A DNA stretch of 62,984 bases, filler included, from Octopus bimaculoides (GCF_001194135.2; 4 parts of 4 records of this genome joined end to end with filler, not necessarily neighbours in it); one strand, 5' to 3'; counted from the first letter of the whole stretch, positions 39,535 to 51,947 are shown. The notes: generated from the letters alone by a model not told the origin. Made by a program: numbers and translations.

Positions 39535-40150
39535 ATCATCATCATCATTATTTAATGTCCATTGTCCATGCTGGCATGAGTTGGACGGTTTGATCTGGGC
39601 TGGTAAGCTGGAAGGCTGCACCAGACTCCAGTCTGATTTGGCATGGTTTTCTATGGCTGGATGTCCTTCCTAAAGCCAGTGTCTTTGAGAGTGCAATGAG
39701 TGCTTTTATGTTCTATTGGCACAGGTGCCATTTGCATGTCACCAGTATCTGCCACAACTGCAATTTTGCACAGCTTAGTGGGTTTTCTTCTCAAGCACAA
39801 CATAATGCCAAAGGTCTCGGTCATTGCCTCCATGAGGCCCAACACTTGAAAGGAACTCAGCCACTTTGCCTCCGTGAGGCCCAATGCTTGAAAGGTGCTT
39901 TTTACGTGCATGGGTGCCAGTTACATGACACCAGCATCAGCCATGATTACGATTTCACTTTGCGTGATGGGTTTTCCCAAACACAGCATATTACCAAAGG
40001 TCCCGGTCACTAGTCATTGCCTCCATGAGGCTCAAAGTTTGAAGATCATGCTTCACCACTTCGTGCCATGTCTTCCTGGGTCTACCTCTACCACAGATTC
40101 CCTCCACAGTTAGAGATCGGCACTTTTTTACACAGCTGTCGTCTTCTATA
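39535..40150 (-). mobile_element. RTE LINE 3' fragment including the ORF C-terminus and the whole 3' UTR
   Basis: Reverse translation LTVEGICGRGRPRKTWHEVVKHDLQTLSLMEAMTSDRDLW*YAV is continuous with the common (GAT)n-tailed repeat, which identifies that repeat as a LINE 3' end. Confidence 0.8.
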
Positions 40151-40883
40151 AGCATCACATGACCATGCCAGAAAAATTAGTACTGGAGTTGATTTGTTCA
40201 ACTAAACCTTTCAAGGCTGTGTCTGCAGTCTGCGATCCTACAACTGCGAGTCCGCTGCCCTAACCACTGGGCCATTGCACCTCCACTCTACTATTAAAAA
40301 AATAATTACTTGAATTGGTGAGCTAGTAATGGCCTGTATCAGCAAGAATTGTATAGGAATTAAACTGAAGTACCTGAAACTTTAGTCATTCTTGCTCTGC
40401 ATTACTCACTGTAAATTGGTGAATATCTTCAACAAATATTCAAAGATTCTGTTTGACATGTTTCTGCTAAAAACTTTCTGTTTTTCTCTCATTTTGAAAG
40501 TATTTTAATTTTCTATTGAAGAGTGAAAAAATTTTATCTCTTGAAAATCCTTGAGATTCTTCTCTCATGTACAAATAATACTGAANNNNNNNNNNNNNNN
40601 NNNNNNNNNNNNNNNNNNNNNNNNNNNNNNNNNNNNNNNNNNNNNNNNNNNNNNNNNNNNNNNNNNNNNNNNNNNNNNNNNNNNNCCCTCAAAAAACAAA
40701 GCAATCTTTCTGGATATCAAGAATTATTCTGCTGACTAGCATTTCTTCTTTTTTTTTTAAGCAGTGCCTTCAGCTATAATTCTATAAATTTTCAGAAGAG
40801 TCTAACTTTTCTTGTTTGTTTGTGTGTGTGTATGTATGTGTACATTTTTAAAGCTTTCCAATATTTTTATTTGTTCTCTTCAG

Positions 40884-40956
40884 AGCATTTCAAGAAGATC
40901 CTAATGATTTCCTAGCATCATTCCATTTGGCATTACAATTAGCAATCCAACGACAG
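40884..40956 (+). CDS. TTC7: TTC7-like internal exon, (K)AFQEDPNDFLASFHLALQLAIQRQ
   Basis: ttctcttcag acceptor and GTCAGT donor; 73 nt, phase 2/0, completing the split codon aa|a from the previous exon. Resembles TTC7B AHSLSPTDHQAAFYLALQLAISRQ. Confidence 0.85.
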
Positions 40957-41199
40957 GTCAGTGCCTTAATCTATTTATAATCTCTGTCAACTTGTTTCTT
41001 CTGTTACTATATATAAAAATTACATGAGATAGATAAAAAAGTCATTATTTTATAACTGGCAGTGGTAAAGCATTATAAGACTTAAATTTTACTCACTGCT
41101 AAAGCAATTGTTTATTTTTTTATTCATATTTTATTATTCATTCACTTGGAATACAAGTATAGTTTAGATTAAATCTTTAAACACCTTTATATATATATA

Positions 41200-41351
41200 T
41201 ATCTGTAAAAATATGTGACACTTATTCAGTAGCCATGATAAAACTCCGAGTTTCGGATGCCGGGGTGGGAACCCACGCCACCATCTTTTCAGTTATCTGG
41301 TCCTCAGAGTTTTACCATGGCTACCGAATAAGTGTCATATTTTTACAGATA
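41200..41351. repeat. Inverted repeat (arms 41200-41250 and 41303-41351) enclosing a hammerhead-like core; probably Penelope-like terminal-repeat derived
   Basis: The arms match with 3 substitutions and one 2-nt indel. Confidence 0.75.
41233..41300 (-). ncRNA. Candidate minimal type I hammerhead ribozyme (degenerate copy)
   Basis: Minus strand reads CCAGAUAA-CUGAAAA-GAUG..GUGGGUUCCCAC..CAUC-C-GAAA-CUCGGAG-UU-UUAUC(A)UGG. Stem I, stem II, near-palindromic stem III and a GUU site are present, but core position G8 reads A. Confidence 0.45.
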
Positions 41352-41408
41352 AATTCCTCTATTTACATAATATCGAGGTCTCTTTCTTTCTTTTGTTGTC
41401 CTTTCTAT

Positions 41409-41430
<22 letters not shown>

Positions 41431-41442
<12 letters not shown>

Positions 41443-41723
41443 TTAGGGAAAATAACCAATTTTCAAGAACTCATCGATGAAAATCCACTATCACATATAG
41501 AAAAATTAATAATTAAAAGCACAATAAATGAGTATAATATAAAGTAAAGTAAATATCATAAGATAAATATAATATAATAAATAATAATAATAATAATAAT
41601 AAATATAATAATAATAATAATAATAATTATTGTGCTTTTAATTATTAATTTTTCTATATGTGATAGTGGATTTTCATCGATGAGTTCTTGAAAATTGGTT
41701 ATTTTCCCTAAAACTATATATAT
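41431..41723. repeat. Perfect 97-bp inverted repeat with a 99-nt AT-rich (TAA)n loop
   Basis: 41431-41527 is the exact reverse complement of 41627-41723 (checked base by base). Confidence 0.95.
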
Positions 41724-41828
41724 TTTATATATACTTTATCTATAAGGCTCAATTTAATTTTAATATTTTATAAATTGATTTTAATTGAGTTTTTTACCTG
41801 TAATTTTGGATTTTGTCCCTAATAATAT

Positions 41829-41861
<33 letters not shown>

Positions 41862-42339
41862 GTATATATATGTGTGTGTGTTTGTGTGTGTGTGTGAGGC
41901 ACAATAGCTGTTAGGTACAGGATTATTAACTATGTGGTCATAAATTCACTTTTTACTATTGTCCTTGTGTTGTACTCTATGTGTAATGGACCCACCCAAC
42001 TCCCACCAGTTTGCTTGAATGAACAAAAAACAGGTTTCTCCTGCTACATAGTTGAGTGGTTAGTGGTAGGAAGGCAGGACATCCAACTGACAAAATAATA
42101 TTGTATCTCTAAGTAAAAAAATCTAACAAACCAAAAAACAAAAAACATTCCACTCATACAAACATTCAAATGGATATAAAACTGTAACATATTCATTGAG
42201 TTTCAGTTATGTATTTGCCATCTCCAGGGTGGAGGAGTTAAAGCTTGGCTATGGTTATGGTTGTTAAACAATAGGGCAAACATTTTATAGTTTGGAAAAA
42301 AGGTGTAAATGAGTTGTAGTTTGGGTTAAAGAGTGGCCT

Positions 42340-42660
42340 TAAGGTCTCTTAGTGCAATATGTAGAGAATGTGCCCTTGGTAAATGCTTCAAACTGAAATT
42401 TTTAAAACACTTGATCTGGTCTGTAGCATCATATAGGTATGAACCTTAAAGGTAGCGAACAGTAAGTGACTGAGGGTGTTTGAGATGATGTGCTAGAAGT
42501 AAGTACAGTGGATTAGTTGGGCAGCTTGTGGAATAAACAATTCAGTCCTGGAGGAGAGTGGAACAGAATGAGAGTTGGTGATGATGGTCAGATGGTGAGA
42601 ACTGCATTATTTTGGCCATGTTATCGTGGTTCAGAGCCACTGTGACTACCCACCCTCTCC
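42340..42660 (+). mobile_element. Old RTE-type LINE fragment (post-RT region)
   Basis: LKFLKHLIWSVASY...LRVFEMMC resembles the RTE motif KLRILKALVWSVATYGCE...LEAFEMWC. Confidence 0.5.
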
Positions 42661-45600
42661 ACCAGGAGCTTGGTGGGTAAAAAAATGGGCTCACTGGTGA
42701 CAAAGATGGTTAGACTGTGAAAACTGCAATATTTTGGCCTTTATCAGGGCTCAGAACCTCTGTACTCACATCCTCAGGGTCTTGGTGAACAGAAAATAGG
42801 CTCATAAGTGACAAAGATAAAAACAGAGCCATGACATGAAGGACTGGATGGGGAGGGCCCTGCAGAGTGTATGACTTCAGAATGGAACTGTAGTATGTGG
42901 TGCGATGAATGGTTGGTTGTGACTGAGGGTTGGAGGGCCTCAGCCATGAGGACGGGCATACTTGTCATCAATGTATTTCCTGTAACCATTATTGATGGCT
43001 TTTCATTACTAAGCTTTCGCGACATGTTTGTTTGTTCACTAGTAACATCATGGAGATAGAAAATACTTTTCTGGCACTTAACTGTAATAATATAAAAATA
43101 TGTTTAAAACAAAATCTAACATCCTTACCTCCTAAGCACGCTATCTCTTTGAAAAGCATAGTATTAGATAATTTATGTTCATTCTGAAAGATACAGTGTC
43201 CCACTCTGAAAGAGAGAAAGGTAAATATATGCCTTTTTCAGTAACATTTCAAAAGATGGTCTGGTAGGAGCCTAGCAGTTAGGAGGTGAGTGTATGGCAT
43301 TAGATTTCACTTTAAATACTTGAGCTTTTAAGTTATTATAGTAGAAGTGCTGGAGGAATGTTTCCAGCTTCATAACATTTCTACCAAATAGATAAAGGTG
43401 TGTTGTGAAGATTTTCTAGCAAAAAAACTTATTAATAATATGGCAGAAATCTTCTAAGGGATTTGCTATGGATTACTATTACTTGACCTTGTTTAATCTG
43501 GCAAAATGGATAATCCCTCAAAATAACCTGGCATGAGTCTGAACCAAGGATGTTGGGAAATTGGTGGTGTACTTGTACTTCATTGGTAATACTTAAAACC
43601 ATATCAAGTCTGACCTTTTGGCTTGGTTTGGTTTTGGGTATTTTAGGTATGTCAAGGTTCATCTTTTACATATAATGTGTATAGCTTTAAAATGTTTGTA
43701 CTATATGATTATTGATAATCTGTCTCTTGTATGATTGCCTTTAGCCTTTATTTACATTATGCTTAAAACATTTTTCCATTTATATTATGAAGATGATCAA
43801 ATTATATATATATATCAATTATAATTGAGGGTAAAATCTATATAGGATTTTATCAAGTAGCTAGCATGTAAAAACCAATTTAGGTAAAAATTAATACAAA
43901 GTATTTAATTTTATAAATATAATTATAAAATTATAATGGGGCAACTACCAAGTAAATCCTCATGCTAGAAAAAGATGCCAAATGGCTCTAAAACTACTTT
44001 ATTAGTCACATTTGATTTGGGTGTAATTTTAATCTAAAGCTGTCTGTGCAAGTAGATGGATAATTTTCATAAAATTTTAGTAGGTAAAGGACGGATAGGC
44101 TGGGACCAAGCCAGTTTTTATGTAACATTACTGACCCTCCTAAATGGATCAGAGATCACTTCTCACATATAGGTCCCATTTTTGGCATGTTTTTTTTTAC
44201 AATTATATCTATTGTATACTAAGATACTCATATGTGTACTTTGAAATTATAGTGGTTTCTCCTGGAACATTAATATATGTTCTTTAAAATTGTGGTTTAG
44301 AAGTTCACTTTGCAATCCATTTAATTTAGGTGGATCCCTCTGCATGACCCTGGGTTGACCAATACCTTGTGAGTGAAATTGGTAAATAGAAACTGTATGG
44401 AAGCCTGTTGTATACAACTGTGTATGTGATATGTGTGTATGTATGTGTGCACATGTGAATTTTCCTCCATGTGTCTTTGCATTGATACTGATTAATCAGC
44501 AGGATTGTTTGTTTTATATCCTGTACAAAAAGCATGTCATGCAGATAGGGCGGTTTAAGGTGCAAAGACTAGTGGAACGAAGTATCTTACTTGAAAACAA
44601 ATCAGAGTTAGCATGAGGAAGGGCATACAGTTGTAGGATACTGCCTCCAGAAGTCTCATCTATCCTGTAACTGCATGGAAAAAGCAGACATAAAAACAAC
44701 TGTGATGGTGATAACGTTTATGATGATAATTTCTACTGAAATACCTACTTATGTTCTTCAGAATTACATCTCTAGTAGTTTGTACGGGAACATTAGAAAA
44801 TGAACTTCCAATCACTAATGAACTTAAAAATTTCCTTGGTGTGACATTATTGAGAGTTTTTAAACATTCTTGCAACTTCATACCTCATAATTAAGTGGGA
44901 TATATGGCTTGGTTAACTTATCTAATTATTAGGCTATAAATATAACGTGGTAAAAATTCACCAACAGCTTTAGCAAGTTTACATTTCTAGTTGATAACAG
45001 CATCACTGGAGTCAATAAAAATGTTCAAGCAGACTTGAAATTATATGGTAGTAGCATAGAGGAATGTTTTAGAATTTTGACGGGTCATTAAGGATGTGTT
45101 AACTTTATAATTAATTATTTTGATATATTGAATATCAATGTTGTTTTTGTCACTATTTTTATATTTTTTATTGCAATAAATATTCTTAATAGCTGTAGGA
45201 AAATATGTTGGTGCTTGGGTATTCAAGATAGTTACATAAAGTTTATTCCTATATTTACAACTGGATTATGCTAAAAGTATGTATTTCAAATTTCTGAAAA
45301 CAGCTAATTACTTTTATATTTTTGACTTCCCCAGTGATAAGTTAAGTATTTCTAATTCAACTTTCTGAGTCCTTTTACTATATTTAAGTTGGATATTGTA
45401 ATATATACATAGGTTTAGCAGGATTTTTTGTATTGAGTGAATTTGTGAGAAGATAGATTAATAAGTATTTAACTGGGAAGTTCCTTTATAACATTTGCTG
45501 AATTATTTTGTAACGTGCTTCTTTCATCTTACATGTGTTTGTTAGAAGGTTGTTGAGATACTTAAAATTGTGATGCATCTTTTTGGTTATGTGCTCTGTT

Positions 45601-45926
45601 GATCAGTGGGCTGGAAAATTTAGCAATCATTTTAAAGACGAACTATTCACATTGTCTAACAGTGCATTTAGTTTGGATAGGAAGAGGCTTTAATATGTTT
45701 GTCATGCTATGAGAAGAGAGGAAATTAGGTGTGTTTTTCACACACACACACACACTCACACCATCATCATCATGATCATCATCATCATGATCATCATTTA
45801 ATGTCTGTTTTTCCATGCTGGCATGGGTTGGACAGTTTAACAGGGGCCGACCAGCTAAAGGGCTGTTCAAGCTCTATGACTGTTTTGGCATAGTTTCTAT
45901 GGCTGGATGCTCTTCCTAACACCATA

Positions 45927-45957
<31 letters not shown>

Positions 45958-46249
45958 TAAAATGAGATGTCAATGTTATTTTCATTTTTGCATAATTTAG
46001 TTTATTCTCCGCACTCTGTATATTGTTGACATGTCTAATTGAATAGTGGTACCACAGTATAATTCACTCTGTATTGAGTATAGTTCAATATGGTTGTTAC
46101 TAATGAAAATAGAAGGCAGATTGTATATAGTACTTAGAGACCAATCAGTAAACCTAATATTGAACACAGCCTAATGTAGTTGCCATTAAGAAAAATTGTG
46201 TTTAAATATCTCCTGAATTGAAAAAATGTTTGGAGTATTTGTTCATAGC

Positions 46250-46640
46250 ATATGCATGGCTGTGTGGTTAAGAAGCTGTGTTGCAGCTATGTGGTTTCAA
46301 GTTTAGTCCCTCAGTGAGGCATCTTGGTATCTTCAATTATAGCCCTGGGCTGACTGATGCCTTGTGAGGGAATTTGGTTGATGGAAACTATGTGCAAGCC
46401 CATTGTGTGTGTGTGTGTGTATGTGTGTGTGTGTTTGTCTCTACCACTGTATGACAAACAGTATTGTTTTATGTCCCTGTAACTTAATGGTTCAGCAAAA
46501 GAGACTGATAGAGTAAGTACCAGACTTAAAAATAAAAAAAATAAGTACTGTGCTTGATTTGTTCAATTAAAGCCCTTCAAAGCTGTGCCCTAGCATGGTT
46601 GTAGTCCAATGACTGAAACAAGTAAAAGAAGATAAAAGTA
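46250..46640 (+). mobile_element. Full family-B SINE, CpG-decayed
   Basis: Head, (TG)n linker and tail module. Confidence 0.7.
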
Positions 46641-46919
46641 GAAACTTGATGAATAAGTGATGAAATCTTGTTAGAGTTTGTGAATTCGGTTTCAACTTGA
46701 GTTCATATGTGCACATATATGCATTTAATGACATATTGAAGCTAACTTCTTCAAAATATATTTTACAATAAAATAGTAGGAAAGATGATGTTTACCGTCC
46801 AAAATATTTCCCCATCAGTTCTGCCATAAGATATTTCAACAATTTAGCTGTTTATACAGTAGATCAGTATGTTCATGCTCACATAATTTGAATGAATCAG
46901 CAATTTGAAATATCTCCAT

Positions 46920-46951
<32 letters not shown>

Positions 46952-48757
46952 GCTGGTTATGTTGTATAATGCTAACCACTCACCTGTGAAATTGTACTGC
47001 TACTTATTTTCAGCTTAGTAGATTAGATGTGCTATGTAAATTAAAATGTCTTATCATGGGACAGGAAAGGCTTGAGATAGGTTTTTAAGCTTATTTTCTT
47101 TAGGTGCCAGTAATTGAGCCTCCTACCTATGTATTAACTACACTTGGTTTTTTTTTTATATTCCATTTGTCACTGTTGCTTTTTAGGTATGAGAATCTTG
47201 TAGTCTTTTTAAAGATTTGTTGTATTTGCCAACTTTTCAGTAGACAAATTACATTTGATTCATTGAGCTACTTAGATATTTCAGCTCAAAACTGTTCAAG
47301 AGGTATTGCATGTAAAGTATCAAAATAGGATTTTAATTTGTGACTTAGAATTTGAACCTTCTCATGAGTTAGGCTACTCTGACCTCACTTGGCCTTGATT
47401 TCTATCAGGTTTGAGGGTCAAGTTGTTATCACATTAAGATATCAGAATTTCTTCCTGGAACAATCTTTTATAGTTTGCTCTTATAATACGAGTTCATTGG
47501 AATCTGTCCAAGATTTTCAAATGTATGATATTGCTTGTTTTTTTGGTTAGGTGCCAACATAATTCCCCATTTGATGTCTGTTGTTTGTTTTGCCTGTTTA
47601 CAAACTGCTGCAGGCAGATGTCATTTTCAGTAACAAGTGATTTTGCTGACCTCTTTACTGGAAAAAGAATTTGGTAACTAGGTTTACCATAGCATCTGCG
47701 TATGTGTGTATGTGAACAAATAGGATATTACTTTTCTTAAAATATTGTAAAAACGTTTATCTGCTATACATTTCCTCAGCTGACCGATCTAGCAACCACA
47801 TCTAAGATTGAGTTGGTATGTTAGAATTAGTCATTTGGCTATTATTAATTATTCAATCTTGGGTTCATTATACCAAATCTGGCAGTAGATGATAAGTTAA
47901 GCTGGAAGACATTATCAGAATGAATAATTGGCTGGAAGAGATCTCATTAATGAAAGGTAATTCTAATTAAAACAAAAAATTATAGGATTAATTATTACCA
48001 TTTCAACAGGGCTCATCTTACTTTTCTTAAAATATTGTAAAAACAGATGATAGAGGTAGGTTATGTCCTAGTAGTACACTCTCTAGTGATGACTTCACTT
48101 TATCTTGGTAACCTAATTAGTATTGATAGAGAAGTCAGTAATAGTTTAGTGAAAAAGATTTAGCGGTTAGAAGATTAGAGAATGTTATTTATTTATAACA
48201 AGTGGATGGTTGCAGGTTTGTGTGTCAGTAGTGTGATTCTGTATTCTAGAAGATCAGTGAAGGCTGCACTTAAAAGAGATTATGTGTATTAATCTGGATA
48301 TTTATTATCAAGAATTTGGTTATTATTATGAATCTGGATATTTATTATTATGCTGAGTTACTGAAGACTGGATCTTAGGATTTACTGTGCCATGTATCTG
48401 GAAAATAAATCCTTTTAATTGAAACTGTTATGATGTTGGCCTGGGTGAACCTATTTTTCTCATAGCTTTTATTGGGATCTCTGACATTGACACAAATTGA
48501 GGGAGGGACATTGTTGATTGAATCAATCCAATACATGCTTGGTACTTATTTTATCAACTCTGGAAGAATGAAAAGCAAAATGTAATCCAGCAGTAATTGA
48601 TTTTGCAATGTAAAGAAATGTAATTAAATACTACTAGATGTTTTGTCTTGTACACTTTCAATTCTGTCATAATTTGATTTGATTTGGTCAAGCCTTTTGA
48701 GAATGTATAAGGAACAGACAGACAGACAGACAAAGACTTTTATATATATATATATAT

Positions 48758-49129
48758 ACTAGCAGAAATACCCGGCTTTGCCCGGGTTAAAGAGAATAAT
48801 GAAATCTAAAAACGCCGTCTAGACTACGCAACACTCAACTGTTAGTAGCTACGATACCATATTTCTACATTAATAACTCTCCAATCCATGCCAGCATGGA
48901 ACATAGACATTAAGTGGAATGCCAGTCTCTCATCTAGGAGGGCCTTGAAATCAATGTTACCAACTGGGGACTATGTGTGTCGTAGTGATAATAAAAAGAC
49001 CCAAAGGAGGTCTGCAACGAAATAATTTTACTCAACACTTTGCAAGTGAATCAGTGGAGGCAAAGATGCGTCTCATTTACTTGACAATTTATGCACCACA
49101 TTGCAGAAATCTGTACCGTTGAATTACAA
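48758..49129 (+). mobile_element. Helitron/Helentron-like non-autonomous element end
   Basis: Begins ACTAGC after (TA)n, with the hairpin acccgg-ctttgc-ccgggt at 48770-48787. Retains CpGs, unlike its flanks. Truncated by a gap. Confidence 0.45.
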
Positions 49130-49932
49130 NNNNNNNNNNNNNNNNNNNNNNNNNNNNNNNNNNNNNNNNNNNNTTAATTAATTAANNNNNNNNNNNNNNN
49201 NNNNNNNNNNNNNNNNNNNNNNNNNNNNNGTGTGTGTGTGTGTTTGCGTGTGTGTGTATACATATATATATAAACTTATACGTATAATTGGATGGAAGAG
49301 AAATAAAGATATAAATAAGGTTTCAAATTTTGATTCTCTTATGTTTGCGACTGTAAGTCGAAATAAAAAAAGAGGAATTGAGACGAAAACCCTTCCTTTC
49401 AGGGATAAATGAAAGATAATTTTATAGAGTGAGATAAAACAACGTTAATGGGAGCGATAGAGAAAGAAATGATACGATAAACGTGGGTAAAAATGGAACA
49501 GTATCGGCTTGCGATATATTCTAATATCCTTTTATTCGTGTATTTTAGTTTGCTTTTCCTTAAGTCATTTTTTTTTTAGCAATGACTAGTTATGGACCAA
49601 GGTATTATCTTTTCAAGTTCACTTACTGCTTCACTTTTACTTGTCTTTTCCTCTTTATATGTATTTGTTTTGTTTTTGTTCTTTTTACCATTTTCTTATA
49701 TTCTTATTGTATTTCTTCTACTTTTCTGTCGTAAAATCTTTGTGTTTTATAAACATTGAAATGCATCTCAAAGGAATTGGGTCATAGTCATATTAAATTG
49801 ATGAACGTTGAAACAAAACAAATATCTTTTCCTACACGTTCATACATACATACATACATACATACGTACGTACACACACACACATAGATACATGTATGTA
49901 TGTATGTATGTAAGCATATATATATATATATA

Positions 49933-50046
49933 TATAGTCATAAATATATAGGGGTCAGCATAAGTTGCTTCACCAACATTTCGACGATATTTGGCTCACA
50001 ATAAAGTAAAGCACCTTATGCTGACCCCTATATATTTATGATTATA
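49933..50046. repeat. 38-bp inverted repeat (2 mismatches) with a 38-nt loop; MITE-like
   Basis: tatagtcataaatatataggggtcagcataagttgctt / aagcaccttatgctgacccctatatatttatgattata. Confidence 0.85.
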
Positions 50047-51309
50047 AATGTTTTTACCGATAAAGGTTTTTTTCATACTGAACTACTTGGCAAAATTGTT
50101 AATTATTAATTTTATTAACTAATTGGCAATTCCCTGCCCTATATCTGTATTTATATATANNNNNNNNNNNNNNNNNNNNNNNNNNNNNNNNNNNNNNNNN
50201 NNNNNNNNNNNNNNNNNNNNNNNNNNNNNNNNNNNNNNNNNNNNNNNNNNNNNNNNNNNNNNNNNNNNNNNNNNNNNNNNNNNNNNNNNNNNNNNNNNNN
50301 NNNNNNNNNNNNNNNNNNNNNNNNNNNNNNNNNNNNNNNNNNNNNNNNNNNNNNNNNNNNNNNNNNNNNNNNNNNNNNNNNNNNNNNNNNNNNNNNNNNN
50401 NNNNNNNNNNNNNNNNNNNNNNNNNNNNNNNNNNNNNNNNNNNNNNNNNNNNNNNNNNNNNNNNNNNNNNNNNNNNNNNNNNNNNNNNNNNNNNNNNNNN
50501 NNNNNNNNNNNNNNNNNNNNNNNNNNNNNNNNNNNNNNNNNNNNNNNNNNNNNNNNNNNNNNNNNNNNNNNNNNNNNNNNNNNNNNTGGCTGGCTGGCTG
50601 GCTGGCTCACTGGCTGATTGGTTGATTTTTCCCTGTCACGTTTTACATTGTATCGGGAGAAGAAAAAGTGAGTGAAAGAGCGAAACAAGAGGACTTGACC
50701 TCAGAGGTATAGGATAATACCCATTTTTAAAGTTATGTTCAACAGAAATTTGTTTTCGAAGGAAGAGATTACAATCATACCGATAAAATCTAGAACAACA
50801 GCATATGTCATGCATATATATAATGAGCTTTTATTTAACGTTTTTATTTCAATGTAATGAATATTTTTGTATTGAAAATTCCTTTCATCATTTTGTACAT
50901 GCTCAAAGAAATTTAATAGTGCTTGTGCTTGTGCATGTGCCATATTTCTTGATATAACCCATGGTGGCAAAGTTAACTTCCAAAGTTACCCGTCATATGA
51001 GACGTAATCCGGGTTATAAGCTTTTAGTGTGCTTTCCAAAAGTCCTCTCCGGTAACGGCACCCAAATGTTATTATACAGAAGGACTTCTGTTACTGGAGG
51101 TACATGTGGAAATCCGCAAAGATTCGTAGAGTATAAACAGAACGTATTTTAATATGTGAAGCTGGCTTGAGCAGGCATTGATATAAACCATTGCAATTGT
51201 TTCAGTACATCATTATCAACTGTTAATTGGTGTATGTTATATACACTATACACAACATAGTATTGATATGATTCAACTCTAGCTGTATACATGCGCCGTC
51301 TGTCCACAC

Positions 51310-51947
51310 TCGACTTCATGATGATTTACCGAGAACAAACAATTATCCCGGAGGCTGGCATTAGGCTTTAAAAAAAAACACTTTACGTAACTCATCCTAC
51401 AATCACCAAACTATTAAAGGTTATTAGAAATGAGCAGGTATCCAATGAAATTCTAATTGAGCAGGCTACTATAGGGATTGACATATCACGACCTAACAAA
51501 AGATATGATACCATTAACGATAGGATAAAAACCATTTGTGCTTCTTATAATAAAGAAGAGGAAGGGTTGGCGTTTCGACGATTTTTGGCTCACAATTTTT
51601 AAGTACTCTTATTTATTTCTGTCTTCTACATTTTAATATGGCAATTCTAATAATTCTAAAATAAAAATCTGATCACGTTATTTTTGTTTGTTTACATTGT
51701 AATCCAGTAAAGAAACTTATTTAAAAAGTGGTATTATGTGTCTATTTTTTCTACATTTGATTCCATCAAACGGTCATATTGTAAGAATAAAAGGATTATC
51801 ATATATTTTAATTTTCGTGTGTTTTTCGGCCTCTTGTCAGTTCGGTTTTATGTCATTCGGCATTTTGTCCGTTCGGCTTCTTGGCTTCGACTTCTTGTTC
51901 TTCGGCTTCTTGTTCTTCGGCAAAAGTGCATTCGGCATTCTGTCTGT

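Noticed and set aside
40231-40286. tRNA-like sequence with an A-box
   Set aside because: It is only a 5' half with no cloverleaf and matches a SINE head. The same applies to the other tRNA-like heads.
41660-41710. Hammerhead-like tcgatgag...gaaa in the 97-bp arm
   Set aside because: The core is UCGAUGA rather than CUGANGA, and no stem I can be formed.
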